A stretch of 64,000 bases of DNA, from the NCBI GenBank assembly GCA_024407875.1, contig JAKSVT010000001.1:117091-181090 (forward strand), written 5' to 3'. The notes beneath the pieces were generated by a model that had not been told where the DNA came from, did not search any database, and saw nothing but the letters and a program-made list of their open reading frames with translations. Positions 34,160 through 43,191 of the stretch are shown here, piece by piece. This stretch comes from Alphaproteobacteria bacterium (GTDB lineage: Bacteria; Pseudomonadota; Alphaproteobacteria; CAAGCB01; CAG-977). Positions within the stretch are counted from its first letter, which is position 1, and each line of letters begins with the position of its first letter. Made by a program: the position numbers and the translations under genes.

Positions 34160-34603
34160 ATGAAAAAAACGTTTTTGGTGTTCTTTTTTTTATTGTTTGC
34201 TTCTGTAGCAAATGCTCAAAGTGTTAAAAAGTTGCCTACCTGTATAGATTTTAATGATGCTTATAAAAAAGTTGTTGGTGAAGCAAGTGAAAATCCAACT
34301 GTTGAAGATAAAGAAAATATGCTTTCATTAGCTTCTATGATGATGGGATATGTTTCTGCAATACAAGATGTTTATGGTGATAAGTTGGTTGGTTTGCAAT
34401 CTGATGATAATGAATGGACACTGTTGGGTGCAGTAAGTTCTATTTGCAAGAAAAATCCAAGAATGAATTTTGCTAATGCTGTAAGAGCGGTTCCTTCTAT
34501 TGCTGATACAATTGCAGCTTTACAACAACATGAATACGATAGATGTCAAAATTATATTAATCAAACAAAGGCAACAATTTGTTTAAATTATATGCCTAAA
34601 TAA
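34160..34603 (+). CDS. secreted hypothetical protein
   Basis: Signal peptide MKKTFLVFFFLLFASVANA and 4 Cys. No family recognised. Confidence 0.4.
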   Translation: MKKTFLVFFFLLFASVANAQSVKKLPTCIDFNDAYKKVVGEASENPTVEDKENMLSLASMMMGYVSAIQDVYGDKLVGLQSDDNEWTLLGAVSSICKKNPRMNFANAVRAVPSIADTIAALQQHEYDRCQNYINQTKATICLNYMPK

Positions 34604-34619
34604 TTTGTAGGTTTTTGTT

Positions 34620-35351
34620 GTGATAGAAAATTATACAATTGATGATTTTTTAGGGGGCAAAGTTAAACTTTATCAGCCTAGAGATGATGGATATAGAGCA
34701 ACAAGTGATTCTGTTTTACTTGCTGCTGCTGTTAATACAAATCCTAATCAATGTATTTTAGAAGTTGGAACGGGAAGTGGGGTTGTTTCTTGCTGTATTA
34801 ATGCAAGAGTTCCTGGTGTCAGAATTACAGCTGTAGAAATTCAAGAAAAAATGGCGGAATATGCCAGATATAATTTTGAAAAAAATAAAGTTAACGGTGA
34901 AGTCATTGTTAGTGATATAAGAAAAAATTTTGGTTATACAGGGGGATCTTTTGACTTTGTTTATTGTAATCCCCCATTCATGATTGAAGATCAAATTTGT
35001 CCTAATAACGTTAGAGATATTTCTAGAAGAGAAAGTGATTGCTCATTAAAAGAGTGGATAAAATATAGCGTTAAATATGTAAAAAATAACGGAATATTTG
35101 TTATGATAAACAAAGCTGATAGAATTACCCAAATAATTACAGCTTTGAAATCTGAAGATATGCCTTTAATAGGCGATATTAAAATTTTACCAATTTATAC
35201 TAAAGCTCAAGAGGGAGCGAAAAGAGTAATCGTTTTTGCAAGAAAAGGTTCTAAAACTCCGGATACAATTCTACCAGGTATTATATTAAACGATGAAAAT
35301 GGTAGGACAAAAAAAGCTGAAGAAATAATGAGAATGGGGCAAGCTTTATAA
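34620..35351 (+). CDS. class I SAM-dependent methyltransferase, TrmN6/YfiC-like
   Basis: EVGTGSGVVS SAM site and NPPF catalytic motif. GTG start. Confidence 0.6.
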   Translation: MIENYTIDDFLGGKVKLYQPRDDGYRATSDSVLLAAAVNTNPNQCILEVGTGSGVVSCCINARVPGVRITAVEIQEKMAEYARYNFEKNKVNGEVIVSDIRKNFGYTGGSFDFVYCNPPFMIEDQICPNNVRDISRRESDCSLKEWIKYSVKYVKNNGIFVMINKADRITQIITALKSEDMPLIGDIKILPIYTKAQEGAKRVIVFARKGSKTPDTILPGIILNDENGRTKKAEEIMRMGQAL

Positions 35352-36035
35352 GAAGTATGCCCAAGTCATTGTGTTCATTTTTTTGCAAGCTTTTATAACA
35401 TCGCCTTTTACAAAAGGGAATTTGTGGCAATTAGGATTGTCTTCGGCACATTCCCATGTAAATACTGAGATATCGCTTTTCCCATCAGAAGATTGAATGT
35501 TGATGGAAATTAAACCTGTAGAAGGGTCATCTCCCCAATCTGAATCTAAAAGTTGAGTACAAACTTGAGCAGGAATTTCACTTAAAGTTACATAGATTGG
35601 TTGTTCTGCTGAATCTTCATTTTCGTTTCCATCTTCGTCTTTTGCATATTCAGTAGGATCACAAGTAACCGTCATTTCTTTCCCAAACACATGATAAGCT
35701 TTATCTCCAACCACCATATTGTTATCATATACACGAGCTTTTTTTAATTGTTCTGGAGTTAAAATCCATTTTGGTGTTGTGTCTGCAGAAGCACCGATTT
35801 CAGCACATGTTATTCCAGCGTAAATTTGACGTAAACCTTTTATAATATAAATAATTTGTTCTCTTTGTTGAGAAACTTTCATTTTAGAACTTATGTTGTT
35901 AACACCTTTGATTATTCCTGAGGTTAACATTGCTAAAATAGCAAGAACGCCTAAAGCTTCTAGCATTGTAAAGCCACGTTGTGATGATGCTTTGTTTAAG
36001 ACATTCATTTTTCTTTCCCTGATATAATAATACAA
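35346..36035 (-). CDS. type IV pilin / pseudopilin-like protein
   Basis: Prepilin signal QRG|FTMLEALGVLAILAML with Glu at +5. The likely start is the internal Met (MNVLNK, ~36008). Confidence 0.6.
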   Translation of the reverse strand: MYYYIRERKMNVLNKASSQRGFTMLEALGVLAILAMLTSGIIKGVNNISSKMKVSQQREQIIYIIKGLRQIYAGITCAEIGASADTTPKWILTPEQLKKARVYDNNMVVGDKAYHVFGKEMTVTCDPTEYAKDEDGNENEDSAEQPIYVTLSEIPAQVCTQLLDSDWGDDPSTGLISINIQSSDGKSDISVFTWECAEDNPNCHKFPFVKGDVIKACKKMNTMTWAYFL

Positions 36036-36041
36036 ATGGTG

Positions 36042-36275
36042 TTAAACTAATATGTTAACGTAAGTTCCTCTTGGCGCATCTAGATAAAGTTTTTTTCCGT
36101 CAACTAAAACAAATCCTTCGTCAGATGTAAAAGGAACTTCAACGCGCCTTGAGTTTTGATATTGACTTTCTTGAGCTTGTGAGACTGTTGAGATTGGAGT
36201 ACGTCTTGACGAAACAGATACTAAGTCTGTTGATAAATTCATACCCGATGAAAATCTGTTTACGTTATTACTCAT
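36042..36275 (-). CDS. small hypothetical protein upstream of pilin gene
   Basis: 77-aa ORF, co-directional and 6 bp upstream of the pilin gene. No recognisable domain. Confidence 0.3.
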   Translation of the reverse strand: MSNNVNRFSSGMNLSTDLVSVSSRRTPISTVSQAQESQYQNSRRVEVPFTSDEGFVLVDGKKLYLDAPRGTYVNILV

Positions 36276-36374
36276 AAACTAAGAAGCCTAAATATTTAAA
36301 TCTACTCATTTATAATATATTAACCTAATTCTTATATAAAGGTAAAAGGAAAAATATTTTTTATTGGTGAAACT

Positions 36375-36992
36375 ATGTCTGAAATTGATTTAAATATTTC
36401 TAAAAATGCTATTACAAGATTAAGCCATGATTTGGCTGGTGTAATGGGGGCTGTAGCTAGCAGTTTATCTTTACTTGGAGAGCTTGGCGGTTGTGATGAA
36501 GAAACGCTTTCTTTAGCAAGTAATAATGCCGATATTTTGCTGGCAAGATTGAGGTTTTTTAGGGCTGCTTATGGTAATGATGGCCCATTAACAGACATTG
36601 GTGTATCACAGCAAATGCTTGAAGATTACTTAAAATCTATAGAGAATCGAGTTGCTTCGTTTAAGGTAATATGGGATTGTGATGCTGAGATTCCTTTATA
36701 TTTCTTTAGATTAATATTGCTAAGTGCTCAAATTGTATCCGAATCGATGATTAGAGGAGGAACTATTACAATTAAGGCAAAAGCTGGAGAAAAGAAATTA
36801 ATTGTTGTTGGTGAAGGACAGACAATTAAGACTGAAGAAGGCCTAGCACAAATATTGTCTGGAGATTTATCTAAGATGAATCCTAAATTGGCTAGTGCTG
36901 TATTTGTTCAAATTTTAACAAGTCAATCTGGCGTTAAATGTGAATTGGAAAAGACACAAACAAGTATAGCTTTGGAGTTTTCTGCAAGATAA
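36375..36992 (+). CDS. chpT: ChpT-like histidine phosphotransferase
   Basis: RLSHDLAGVMGAVASSLSLLGE and RLRFFRAAYGNDG align with Caulobacter ChpT (RLCHDFISPASAIVSGLDLLED; LLQFTRVAFGASA). Confidence 0.65.
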   Translation: MSEIDLNISKNAITRLSHDLAGVMGAVASSLSLLGELGGCDEETLSLASNNADILLARLRFFRAAYGNDGPLTDIGVSQQMLEDYLKSIENRVASFKVIWDCDAEIPLYFFRLILLSAQIVSESMIRGGTITIKAKAGEKKLIVVGEGQTIKTEEGLAQILSGDLSKMNPKLASAVFVQILTSQSGVKCELEKTQTSIALEFSAR

Positions 36993-39818
36993 TTGCTGAA
37001 AAATATTTTCATGAACGAATTAACAGAACCATTCTTGAGTGAAGTAAAATCTGAGTTCGATAAAATCGAGCCTTTCTTATCAATGATAAAAAAAGATCCT
37101 TCATTACCAGAATGTTGGGATGCTTTAAAAAAGTTTTTTGAAAGTATTAGAAGTGTAGCTTTGTTTGCTGAATTCCCTAGATGTCATGCTTTGTCAGTAA
37201 GTGCTATTGAAGAAATAGATGGCTATTTAGATAAAAAATTACCTTTAGATGTTTTACCTAGTGTTTTAATGAAATTTCAAAGAATTAGAAAAATTAGTTC
37301 TTCTGCAAATAATTTAAAACGTGAACCTAGAGAGTCTGATGAAGATTTATTATCAAAGAGTGCTAAGAGTGTAAAAACAAAGGCACCATCTTCTATTGAT
37401 GATAAAGTTTTAGAAGTTAAAAAGAAAGATGTTCTTGAACAAGAAAAAAAATTAGATGAAAGAGAAGAACAATTAGTTCAATGGGCGCAAAAACTTTATA
37501 ATCGTGAAAATGATTTACAACAAAGAGAAACATATCTATTTAAAAATGAACAAAGTAATGCAGATGTTCATAAAAAAATATTAGAAGAGCATTCAAAAAT
37601 AGAAATTGAACATGCTAAATTAGATGAGCGTCAATTAGCCATTGAAGAGTTAGAACGTCAAAACGAAGAAGTTAGACAGAATTTAGATGGTCAAAAAAGT
37701 GTTGTTGCTGATCTAAAGAAAACAATTCAAAATTTAAAAAATGAAAAAGAAGAATGGGATTTTAGATTAGGAAAAAAAGATAAAATAATTGCTGAATTAG
37801 AAGATGAATTAGCTGGTAGTAGATTAAGTGTGGATCGTATGAGCGAACAGCTTAAAGAAAGGGACCATCAGCAATTAGAAATTAGTAATTTATTAGAAAC
37901 TAAAAATAAATCAATTAGAGAAGTGACAGAATCTGTTTGTCAATTAGAAGAAAGATTGCTGAAAGTAAGTAATCAGGCTACTGTTACTGAAAATGAGTTG
38001 AGAGCTGAAGTTTCTGTTACTAAACAACAATTAAGACAAAAAGATGAAGAATTAGAAAGTTTGCGTTTTGAATTAAATAATCTTCATAGCAATATTGATA
38101 AAACATCTTCTGATGCTACAAGTCTTAAAAAAGATTATGATGATGTTTTAGATCAATATAATGTTTCAAAAATAAATTTAGAAAAGATTCAAGCTCAAAA
38201 CGCTGATTTAGAACAACGTTGTTCTGAAATGACAGGACAATTTAATGCTTTAAATGATGAAATTAAAGATAAAGCTATTCAATTAAAACAAGCTCAAGAT
38301 CAATTGAAAAAACAATCAGAGCATTATTTAAATGTCCAATCTGAATTAAGAGCTATTGGATGGCCATTAGATATAGAACATTTACAACAAAATTTAGGTA
38401 AAGTTTTAGCTTTTGATGAAGTTCAAGGCAATGGTGCAAAACTTCAATTGTGGAACTTTATCAGAAACATGAGACTTAAACCAGTAATGATTTTAAAGTC
38501 TTTTGTTCAAGGATTTGCTGCTACAAGAGCAAAAAAATATGAAAAAAATTATGCAGTCTCAGTATCATTCCAAGATATTAAGGTAGATAAAGATTGTTAT
38601 ACAACTCTTGAACATGTATTAGCTTCATTAATCGATAATTCTATAAAATATGCAAATTTTGAGGACAATCAAACTCCTGTATTAATTAAAATTTCAACTA
38701 CACAAGTTGGAACAGTTTTGAAGTTAATTTATCAGGATAATGTTAATAACTTTGCTTATGAAAAGATTAGAAGTAATGTTGTTGAAGTAGGACTGTTTTC
38801 TGTTGAAGATGCTCAAGAATTAAGTAATCAGCAATTATTGGATTATACATTCCATAATAGAGTTTTGGCAAATAGTGGAACTCGTGGTTTGTTGTCAGTT
38901 GCAGGAAGCTTAGAACAAATAGGAGGCACTGTAAAAATGACAGCGGATAATGGAATGAAAACTGTAGTTAATATTCCTATTAATGGCATTTATGATAAAG
39001 CTGTTTTGTTCGAAATATTGAGTGATACAATAGATACATCTAATAATATTTATTCTCTGCCAATGGGAGCTGTTATTGAAACGTTCTCATTAAAAGAAAA
39101 GGATTTTGAGGATTTAGGTTCTTTAATTTATCATACAAAAACTGCTGATTTGCCAGTAATATGTATGCCTGGCGTTGATTATACAAAAATGCAATATGGT
39201 ATTGTGTGTCAAGCAGGGGCATTTACATTCCTGTTGCCTGTTTCTAGAATTTTGGAACCTGAATATGTAGTTGTTAATTTGAATGAAAATATTGAAAATA
39301 GGCCATATTTAAAACAGGTTGTAACATTAGATAATAATAGGTTAACAGCAGGAATAGATATTCCAGTATTGTTAAAAATTTGTCCTATTGGTGTTTCTAC
39401 TAGTGAAGAAGATGTCGTTCATGAAGTTAAGGAAAATAAGATAGTTCCAACCCATAATCAAACAGATTCATATATGATATATAATGCAGATCCTCATAAT
39501 ATTGAAGCTGTATTAGTATCTAATGTTGTACGTATTGAAAGCTTTACTGGTGCAAGTATTGATGGAAATTCTGGTGCAAGTATTTATGTATCACAATCAA
39601 AGACATATCCATTAGTAGATTCTTGTAGAAAGAAAGATTTCCAATATGCTCAAACAGTTTTGCTTTTTGCAGATTTTGCATTAGCAGTTCAAGAAGTTAC
39701 AGATATCGTTGATGTAAATATTGAGAATGATCAACCAATCGACTTCTTGTTATACCAAGGTAGAAAAGTTCCTATTAGAACAGGTAAAGAACCTCCTAAA
39801 AGAGAAATAAAAAAATAA
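36993..39818 (+). CDS. CheA-architecture protein: Hpt-like N-terminus, ~300-aa coiled coil, degenerate HATPase_c and CheW-like C-terminal domain
   Basis: N-box-like HVLASLIDNSIKYA; G1 box DxGxG is replaced by YQDNVNN; G2/G3-like NSGTRGLLSVAGSLEQIGGTVKMTADNGMKTVVNIP; CheW-like YSLPMGAVIETFSL. Start is TTG 36993 or ATG 37011, 0-18 nt after the chpT stop. Confidence 0.55.
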   Translation: MLKNIFMNELTEPFLSEVKSEFDKIEPFLSMIKKDPSLPECWDALKKFFESIRSVALFAEFPRCHALSVSAIEEIDGYLDKKLPLDVLPSVLMKFQRIRKISSSANNLKREPRESDEDLLSKSAKSVKTKAPSSIDDKVLEVKKKDVLEQEKKLDEREEQLVQWAQKLYNRENDLQQRETYLFKNEQSNADVHKKILEEHSKIEIEHAKLDERQLAIEELERQNEEVRQNLDGQKSVVADLKKTIQNLKNEKEEWDFRLGKKDKIIAELEDELAGSRLSVDRMSEQLKERDHQQLEISNLLETKNKSIREVTESVCQLEERLLKVSNQATVTENELRAEVSVTKQQLRQKDEELESLRFELNNLHSNIDKTSSDATSLKKDYDDVLDQYNVSKINLEKIQAQNADLEQRCSEMTGQFNALNDEIKDKAIQLKQAQDQLKKQSEHYLNVQSELRAIGWPLDIEHLQQNLGKVLAFDEVQGNGAKLQLWNFIRNMRLKPVMILKSFVQGFAATRAKKYEKNYAVSVSFQDIKVDKDCYTTLEHVLASLIDNSIKYANFEDNQTPVLIKISTTQVGTVLKLIYQDNVNNFAYEKIRSNVVEVGLFSVEDAQELSNQQLLDYTFHNRVLANSGTRGLLSVAGSLEQIGGTVKMTADNGMKTVVNIPINGIYDKAVLFEILSDTIDTSNNIYSLPMGAVIETFSLKEKDFEDLGSLIYHTKTADLPVICMPGVDYTKMQYGIVCQAGAFTFLLPVSRILEPEYVVVNLNENIENRPYLKQVVTLDNNRLTAGIDIPVLLKICPIGVSTSEEDVVHEVKENKIVPTHNQTDSYMIYNADPHNIEAVLVSNVVRIESFTGASIDGNSGASIYVSQSKTYPLVDSCRKKDFQYAQTVLLFADFALAVQEVTDIVDVNIENDQPIDFLLYQGRKVPIRTGKEPPKREIKK

Positions 39819-39829
39819 AGGAGATTAAT

Positions 39830-40522
39830 ATGGTTGAAGAAATCAATAATATTGAAAAAATATATGAAGTCAAAAATTGGGTTTTTGACTTAGATGATAC
39901 ATTGTATCCCCCAAATAAAACATTAAATAATGAAATGGGCGAAAGAATTTCTAATTACATTATGAAAGTTGCTCATGTTGATAAAGAAAGAGCTGATTTT
40001 ATGAAAAAGGATTTTTATCAACGATATGGGGCTACTGTATGGGGGCTGATGAATGAGTATGAAGTTGATCCTGTAGATTTTACAGAAGACATTCATAAGT
40101 TAGATTTATCTGTTTTAAAAAAGGATCCTGAATTAAGAAAAGCAATAGAGTTATTACCAGGTAAAAAATATGTTTTTACAAATGGGGCTTATCAACATGC
40201 AACAGGAGTTATAAAACAAGTAGGATTAGAAGGATTATTTGAAGGAATATTTTCTATTAGAGAAGCGGAATATATTCCAAAGCCAGCACAAGAAACTTTT
40301 ATGAAAATGTTTGATTATTTTGATTTAATTGGCGAAGAGTGTTTAATGTTTGATGATAATCAAAAAAACATTCTTGGGGCAAAAAAGGCTGGAATGAAAA
40401 CTGTTTGGATTTCTTCAAATGTAGATAACAATAAATATTGTATGTCTGAAGAAGCTGATTTTTGCGATTTCCAAGCATTTAATTGTACGGAATTTATAAA
40501 TAAAATTAAGCATGTTCTTTAA
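39830..40522 (+). CDS. HAD-superfamily pyrimidine 5'-nucleotidase-like hydrolase
   Basis: DLDDTLY motif I, and motifs FTNG and MFDDN in 230 aa. Confidence 0.65.
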   Translation: MVEEINNIEKIYEVKNWVFDLDDTLYPPNKTLNNEMGERISNYIMKVAHVDKERADFMKKDFYQRYGATVWGLMNEYEVDPVDFTEDIHKLDLSVLKKDPELRKAIELLPGKKYVFTNGAYQHATGVIKQVGLEGLFEGIFSIREAEYIPKPAQETFMKMFDYFDLIGEECLMFDDNQKNILGAKKAGMKTVWISSNVDNNKYCMSEEADFCDFQAFNCTEFINKIKHVL

Positions 40523-40533
40523 GGAAATGCACT

Positions 40534-41094
40534 ATGACAAAGTTTGACCATTTAGCTGTATTTTGTGGCTCAAGATTAGGTAATGATTCTATATTTAAAG
40601 AAACGGCTTTAGAACTTGGAAAAGAATTGGCAAAAAATAATGTTGCTTTGACTTATGGGGCAGGCCATACAGGAATTATGGGGACTATTGCCAAATCATG
40701 TTTGGATAATGGTGGTAAAGTATATGGCCATATAAATGATTTGTTAAATAATGCAGAACCTATATTGTTTGACATGACAGATATAAGGGTTTATGGCTCA
40801 TTGCATGAAAGAAAAGATGCAATGTTTAAGGAAGCGGATGCTTTTTGTGCAATGCCTGGTGGTATAGGAACATTAGATGAGCTTTTTGAAATAGTTACTC
40901 TTCGTCAAATTAATGAAATAAATAAACCAATAATTGTATGTAATATAAATGGCTTTTGGACACCATTTAAAGAAATGATTGATACATTAATTAAAACAGG
41001 TTTTGCTGATGAAAGTAATGCTCGGTTAGTTACTTATGTTGATAATGTGAAAGATGTTATACCAACTATAAGAAAAGAACTAGGTTTGATGTAG
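40534..41094 (+). CDS. LOG-family protein (nucleotide 5'-monophosphate nucleosidase/cytokinin riboside-phosphate phosphoribohydrolase family)
   Basis: PGGIGTLDELFE motif and YGAGHTGIMG in 186 aa. Confidence 0.75.
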   Translation: MTKFDHLAVFCGSRLGNDSIFKETALELGKELAKNNVALTYGAGHTGIMGTIAKSCLDNGGKVYGHINDLLNNAEPILFDMTDIRVYGSLHERKDAMFKEADAFCAMPGGIGTLDELFEIVTLRQINEINKPIIVCNINGFWTPFKEMIDTLIKTGFADESNARLVTYVDNVKDVIPTIRKELGLM

Positions 41095-41177
41095 AAAATA
41101 AAGATTTATCAAATGTGTTTTGTTTAATTTGCTATAAGCTTTATTAAAGGTGTTCGGTTGTAAAAAATATTATTAAA

Positions 41178-41215
41178 TCCGACAAAATGTAGTTTGCTAC
41201 AAAAACTCGGAATTG
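41178..41215. repeat. palindromic repeat copy A (tccgacaaaatgtagtttgctacaaaaactcggaattg)
   Basis: One of three near-identical ~37-bp copies. Outer arms are aattccga / tcggaatt and inner arms are tgtag / ctaca. Confidence 0.8.
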
Positions 41216-41250
41216 ACATATTAAAAATAAAGAATTATTATTATAATAAG

Positions 41251-41288
41251 TACGACAAAATGTAGTTTGCTACAAAAATTCGGAATTG
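41251..41288. repeat. palindromic repeat copy B
   Basis: tacgacaaaatgtagtttgctacaaaaattcggaattg, 10 bp upstream of the ATPase start. Confidence 0.8.
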
Positions 41289-41298
41289 GAAAAAATAA

Positions 41299-42558
41299 AT
41301 GCTTATAGAAAGACCATATTATTTAAATAAATTAATTAGAAACAAACACAATAAATTGATTAAAATTGTGACCGGCATTCGGCGTTGTGGCAAATCTTTT
41401 TTGTTAAATACAATATTTTATAATCACTTAATACTATGTGGCGTCGAAAAAAATCATATTCTTTCTTATTCATTAGATGAATTAGAAAATATAAATTTGT
41501 TAGATCCAATTCGTTTGCTTCAAGAGATTAAAAATAAATTGGTGGATGAAGAAATGTATTACATTATTTTAGATGAAATACAGATGGTTCCTCAGTTCGA
41601 AAAATTATTAACTTCATTAAATCATATAGCAAACACAGATGTTTACGTTACGGGAAGTAATTCAAAATTTTTATCAAGTGATATTATTACAGAATTTCGC
41701 GGACGAGGAGATGAAATTAGGGTTCATCCATTGTCTTTTTCGGAATATTATTCTGCTGTTCAGGGAGATTTGAATAAAGCATGGTTTGAATATTACACTT
41801 ATGGAGGAATGCCTTTATTAATTAATAAAAAAGAATATGAAGATAAATCAAGCTATTTAAAATCTATTTATGAAAAAGTGTATAAAACAGATATTCTAAA
41901 TCGTTTTAAAATTAAAGACAAAGAAGAGTTGTTTCAAATTTTACAAGTTTTATCTTCTAGTGTAGGTTCATTGACTAATTCTTTAAATTTAGCTAAAGCT
42001 TTTAAACATTTTCATAATCACTGTATAACAGATAAAACAATTTCAAAATATATTTCATATTTGGAAGATGCTTTTTTAATTTCGGATGCTCAACGATATA
42101 ATATCAAAGGAAAAAAGTATATTAGGGCAACTAAAAAATTTTATTTTGAAGATGTTGGAATTAGAAATGCGATGTTAAATTTTCGTCAAAACGAAGAAAA
42201 TCATTTGATGGAGAATATTATTTATAATGAGTTGAAAATACAAGGTTTTAATGTTGATGTAGGGGTTGTTGAAAAGGTTGAAACAACTAAAGATAAGAAA
42301 AAGGTAAGAAAAAAATTTGAAATTGATTTTGTAGCTTCAAAAGCTGATGATTGTTATTATATTCAATCTGCATTGCATTTGAATACACCTGAAAAATATG
42401 AACAAGAGTTGAAGTCATTGCTGAATATTCCTGATCATTTTAAGAAGATAGTCATTGTTAAAGACTATATGCCTCCAACAAAAAATCCAGATGGAATAAC
42501 AATTATTGGAATTACAAATTTCTTGTTGAAAAGTCTTTTTAATTCCGAAAAAATGTAG
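41299..42558 (+). CDS. AAA+ ATPase with C-terminal DUF4143 (COG1373 family)
   Basis: Walker A GIRRCGKSFLL, Walker B IILDEIQ, and a C-terminal EIDFV...YYIQ region typical of DUF4143. The last 5 codons lie inside repeat copy C. Confidence 0.7.
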   Translation: MLIERPYYLNKLIRNKHNKLIKIVTGIRRCGKSFLLNTIFYNHLILCGVEKNHILSYSLDELENINLLDPIRLLQEIKNKLVDEEMYYIILDEIQMVPQFEKLLTSLNHIANTDVYVTGSNSKFLSSDIITEFRGRGDEIRVHPLSFSEYYSAVQGDLNKAWFEYYTYGGMPLLINKKEYEDKSSYLKSIYEKVYKTDILNRFKIKDKEELFQILQVLSSSVGSLTNSLNLAKAFKHFHNHCITDKTISKYISYLEDAFLISDAQRYNIKGKKYIRATKKFYFEDVGIRNAMLNFRQNEENHLMENIIYNELKIQGFNVDVGVVEKVETTKDKKKVRKKFEIDFVASKADDCYYIQSALHLNTPEKYEQELKSLLNIPDHFKKIVIVKDYMPPTKNPDGITIIGITNFLLKSLFNSEKM

Positions 42559-42580
42559 TTTGCTACAAAATTTCGGAATA
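42541..42580. repeat. palindromic repeat copy C
   Basis: aattccgaaaaaatgtagtttgctacaaaatttcggaata. It overlaps the stop of the ATPase gene. Confidence 0.8.
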
Positions 42581-42639
42581 ATAATGTGGTATATTAAAAA
42601 AAGTTCATTAAAATCTTTCAATGAATACTGCGTAAATGC

Positions 42640-42900
42640 TCATTTTTTTATATTCCGAACAGTATCAATTTCAGAATTGATTTCTTCTAAGGTCATATCG
42701 GTTATGCTATTTTGTTTAGCTAGTTGACGCATTTGATAAAAAGTATTCATTGATTTTGTTATCGTATCGTTAGCACTAATTTAAAAAGGTGTTCTTCTTT
42801 CACAAACAACAGCTTTAGCAAAAATATTAAATGCTGTAGATAATGAAAAGCCAAATTCATGACAAAGTTGCTCAAAATTTTGCTTTAATTGTTCATCCAT
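42640..42900 (-). pseudogene. DinJ/RelB-family type II antitoxin with in-frame TAA stop (pseudogene or truncated)
   Basis: Minus-strand translation MDEQLKQNFEQLCHEFGFSLSTAFNIFAKAVVCERRTPF*ISANDTITKSMNTFYQMRQLAKQ... aligns with DinJ (IDEDLKNQAADVLAGMGLTISDLVRITLTKVAREKALPFDL). The TAA at 42781-42783 interrupts the frame. The ORF track missed it because of the stop. Confidence 0.6.
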
Positions 42901-43110
42901 TCGAATGCTAAAAGTTGATTGAGCTATTTATAACATATGAACATAAATGTAACTATAATGGTATTATATGTTAAAATATATTGTTCGAAAAACTATATAT
43001 TTTTTTGACTTATGAAAGTTTCTAATCGAATTAAATCAAGAAGTTTATCAAAGTGAAGATTTGACTAATATTTAATTTACATTAGCATAAAAATACGACA
43101 CGAAGACCAA

Positions 43111-43150
43111 TAAAAAAAAGCCCCGGCATTACCGGGGTTTCCTTTTCGTT
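43111..43150 (-). terminator. rho-independent terminator downstream of tRNA (minus strand)
   Basis: Stem ccccgg, loop catta, stem ccgggg. An A8 run on the plus strand (a T-run on minus) follows the hairpin on the minus strand. Confidence 0.6.
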
Positions 43151-43191
43151 GATCAAGAACAAAACTTCAAAAGCCAAGTTCTTGATTTTAT

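Noticed and set aside
36993-39818. Calling the 941-aa protein a functional chemotaxis histidine kinase CheA
   Set aside because: The G1 and G2 nucleotide-binding boxes have lost their glycines. P2/P3 are replaced by a 300-aa coiled coil. No che or MCP genes are in the window. It was kept as CheA-architecture only.
42415-42621. 68-aa minus-strand ORF overlapping the 3' end of the AAA+ ATPase and repeat copy C
   Set aside because: It uses a TTG start, overlaps a confident gene antisense and has no motifs. The region is better explained by the repeat and the truncated toxin stub.
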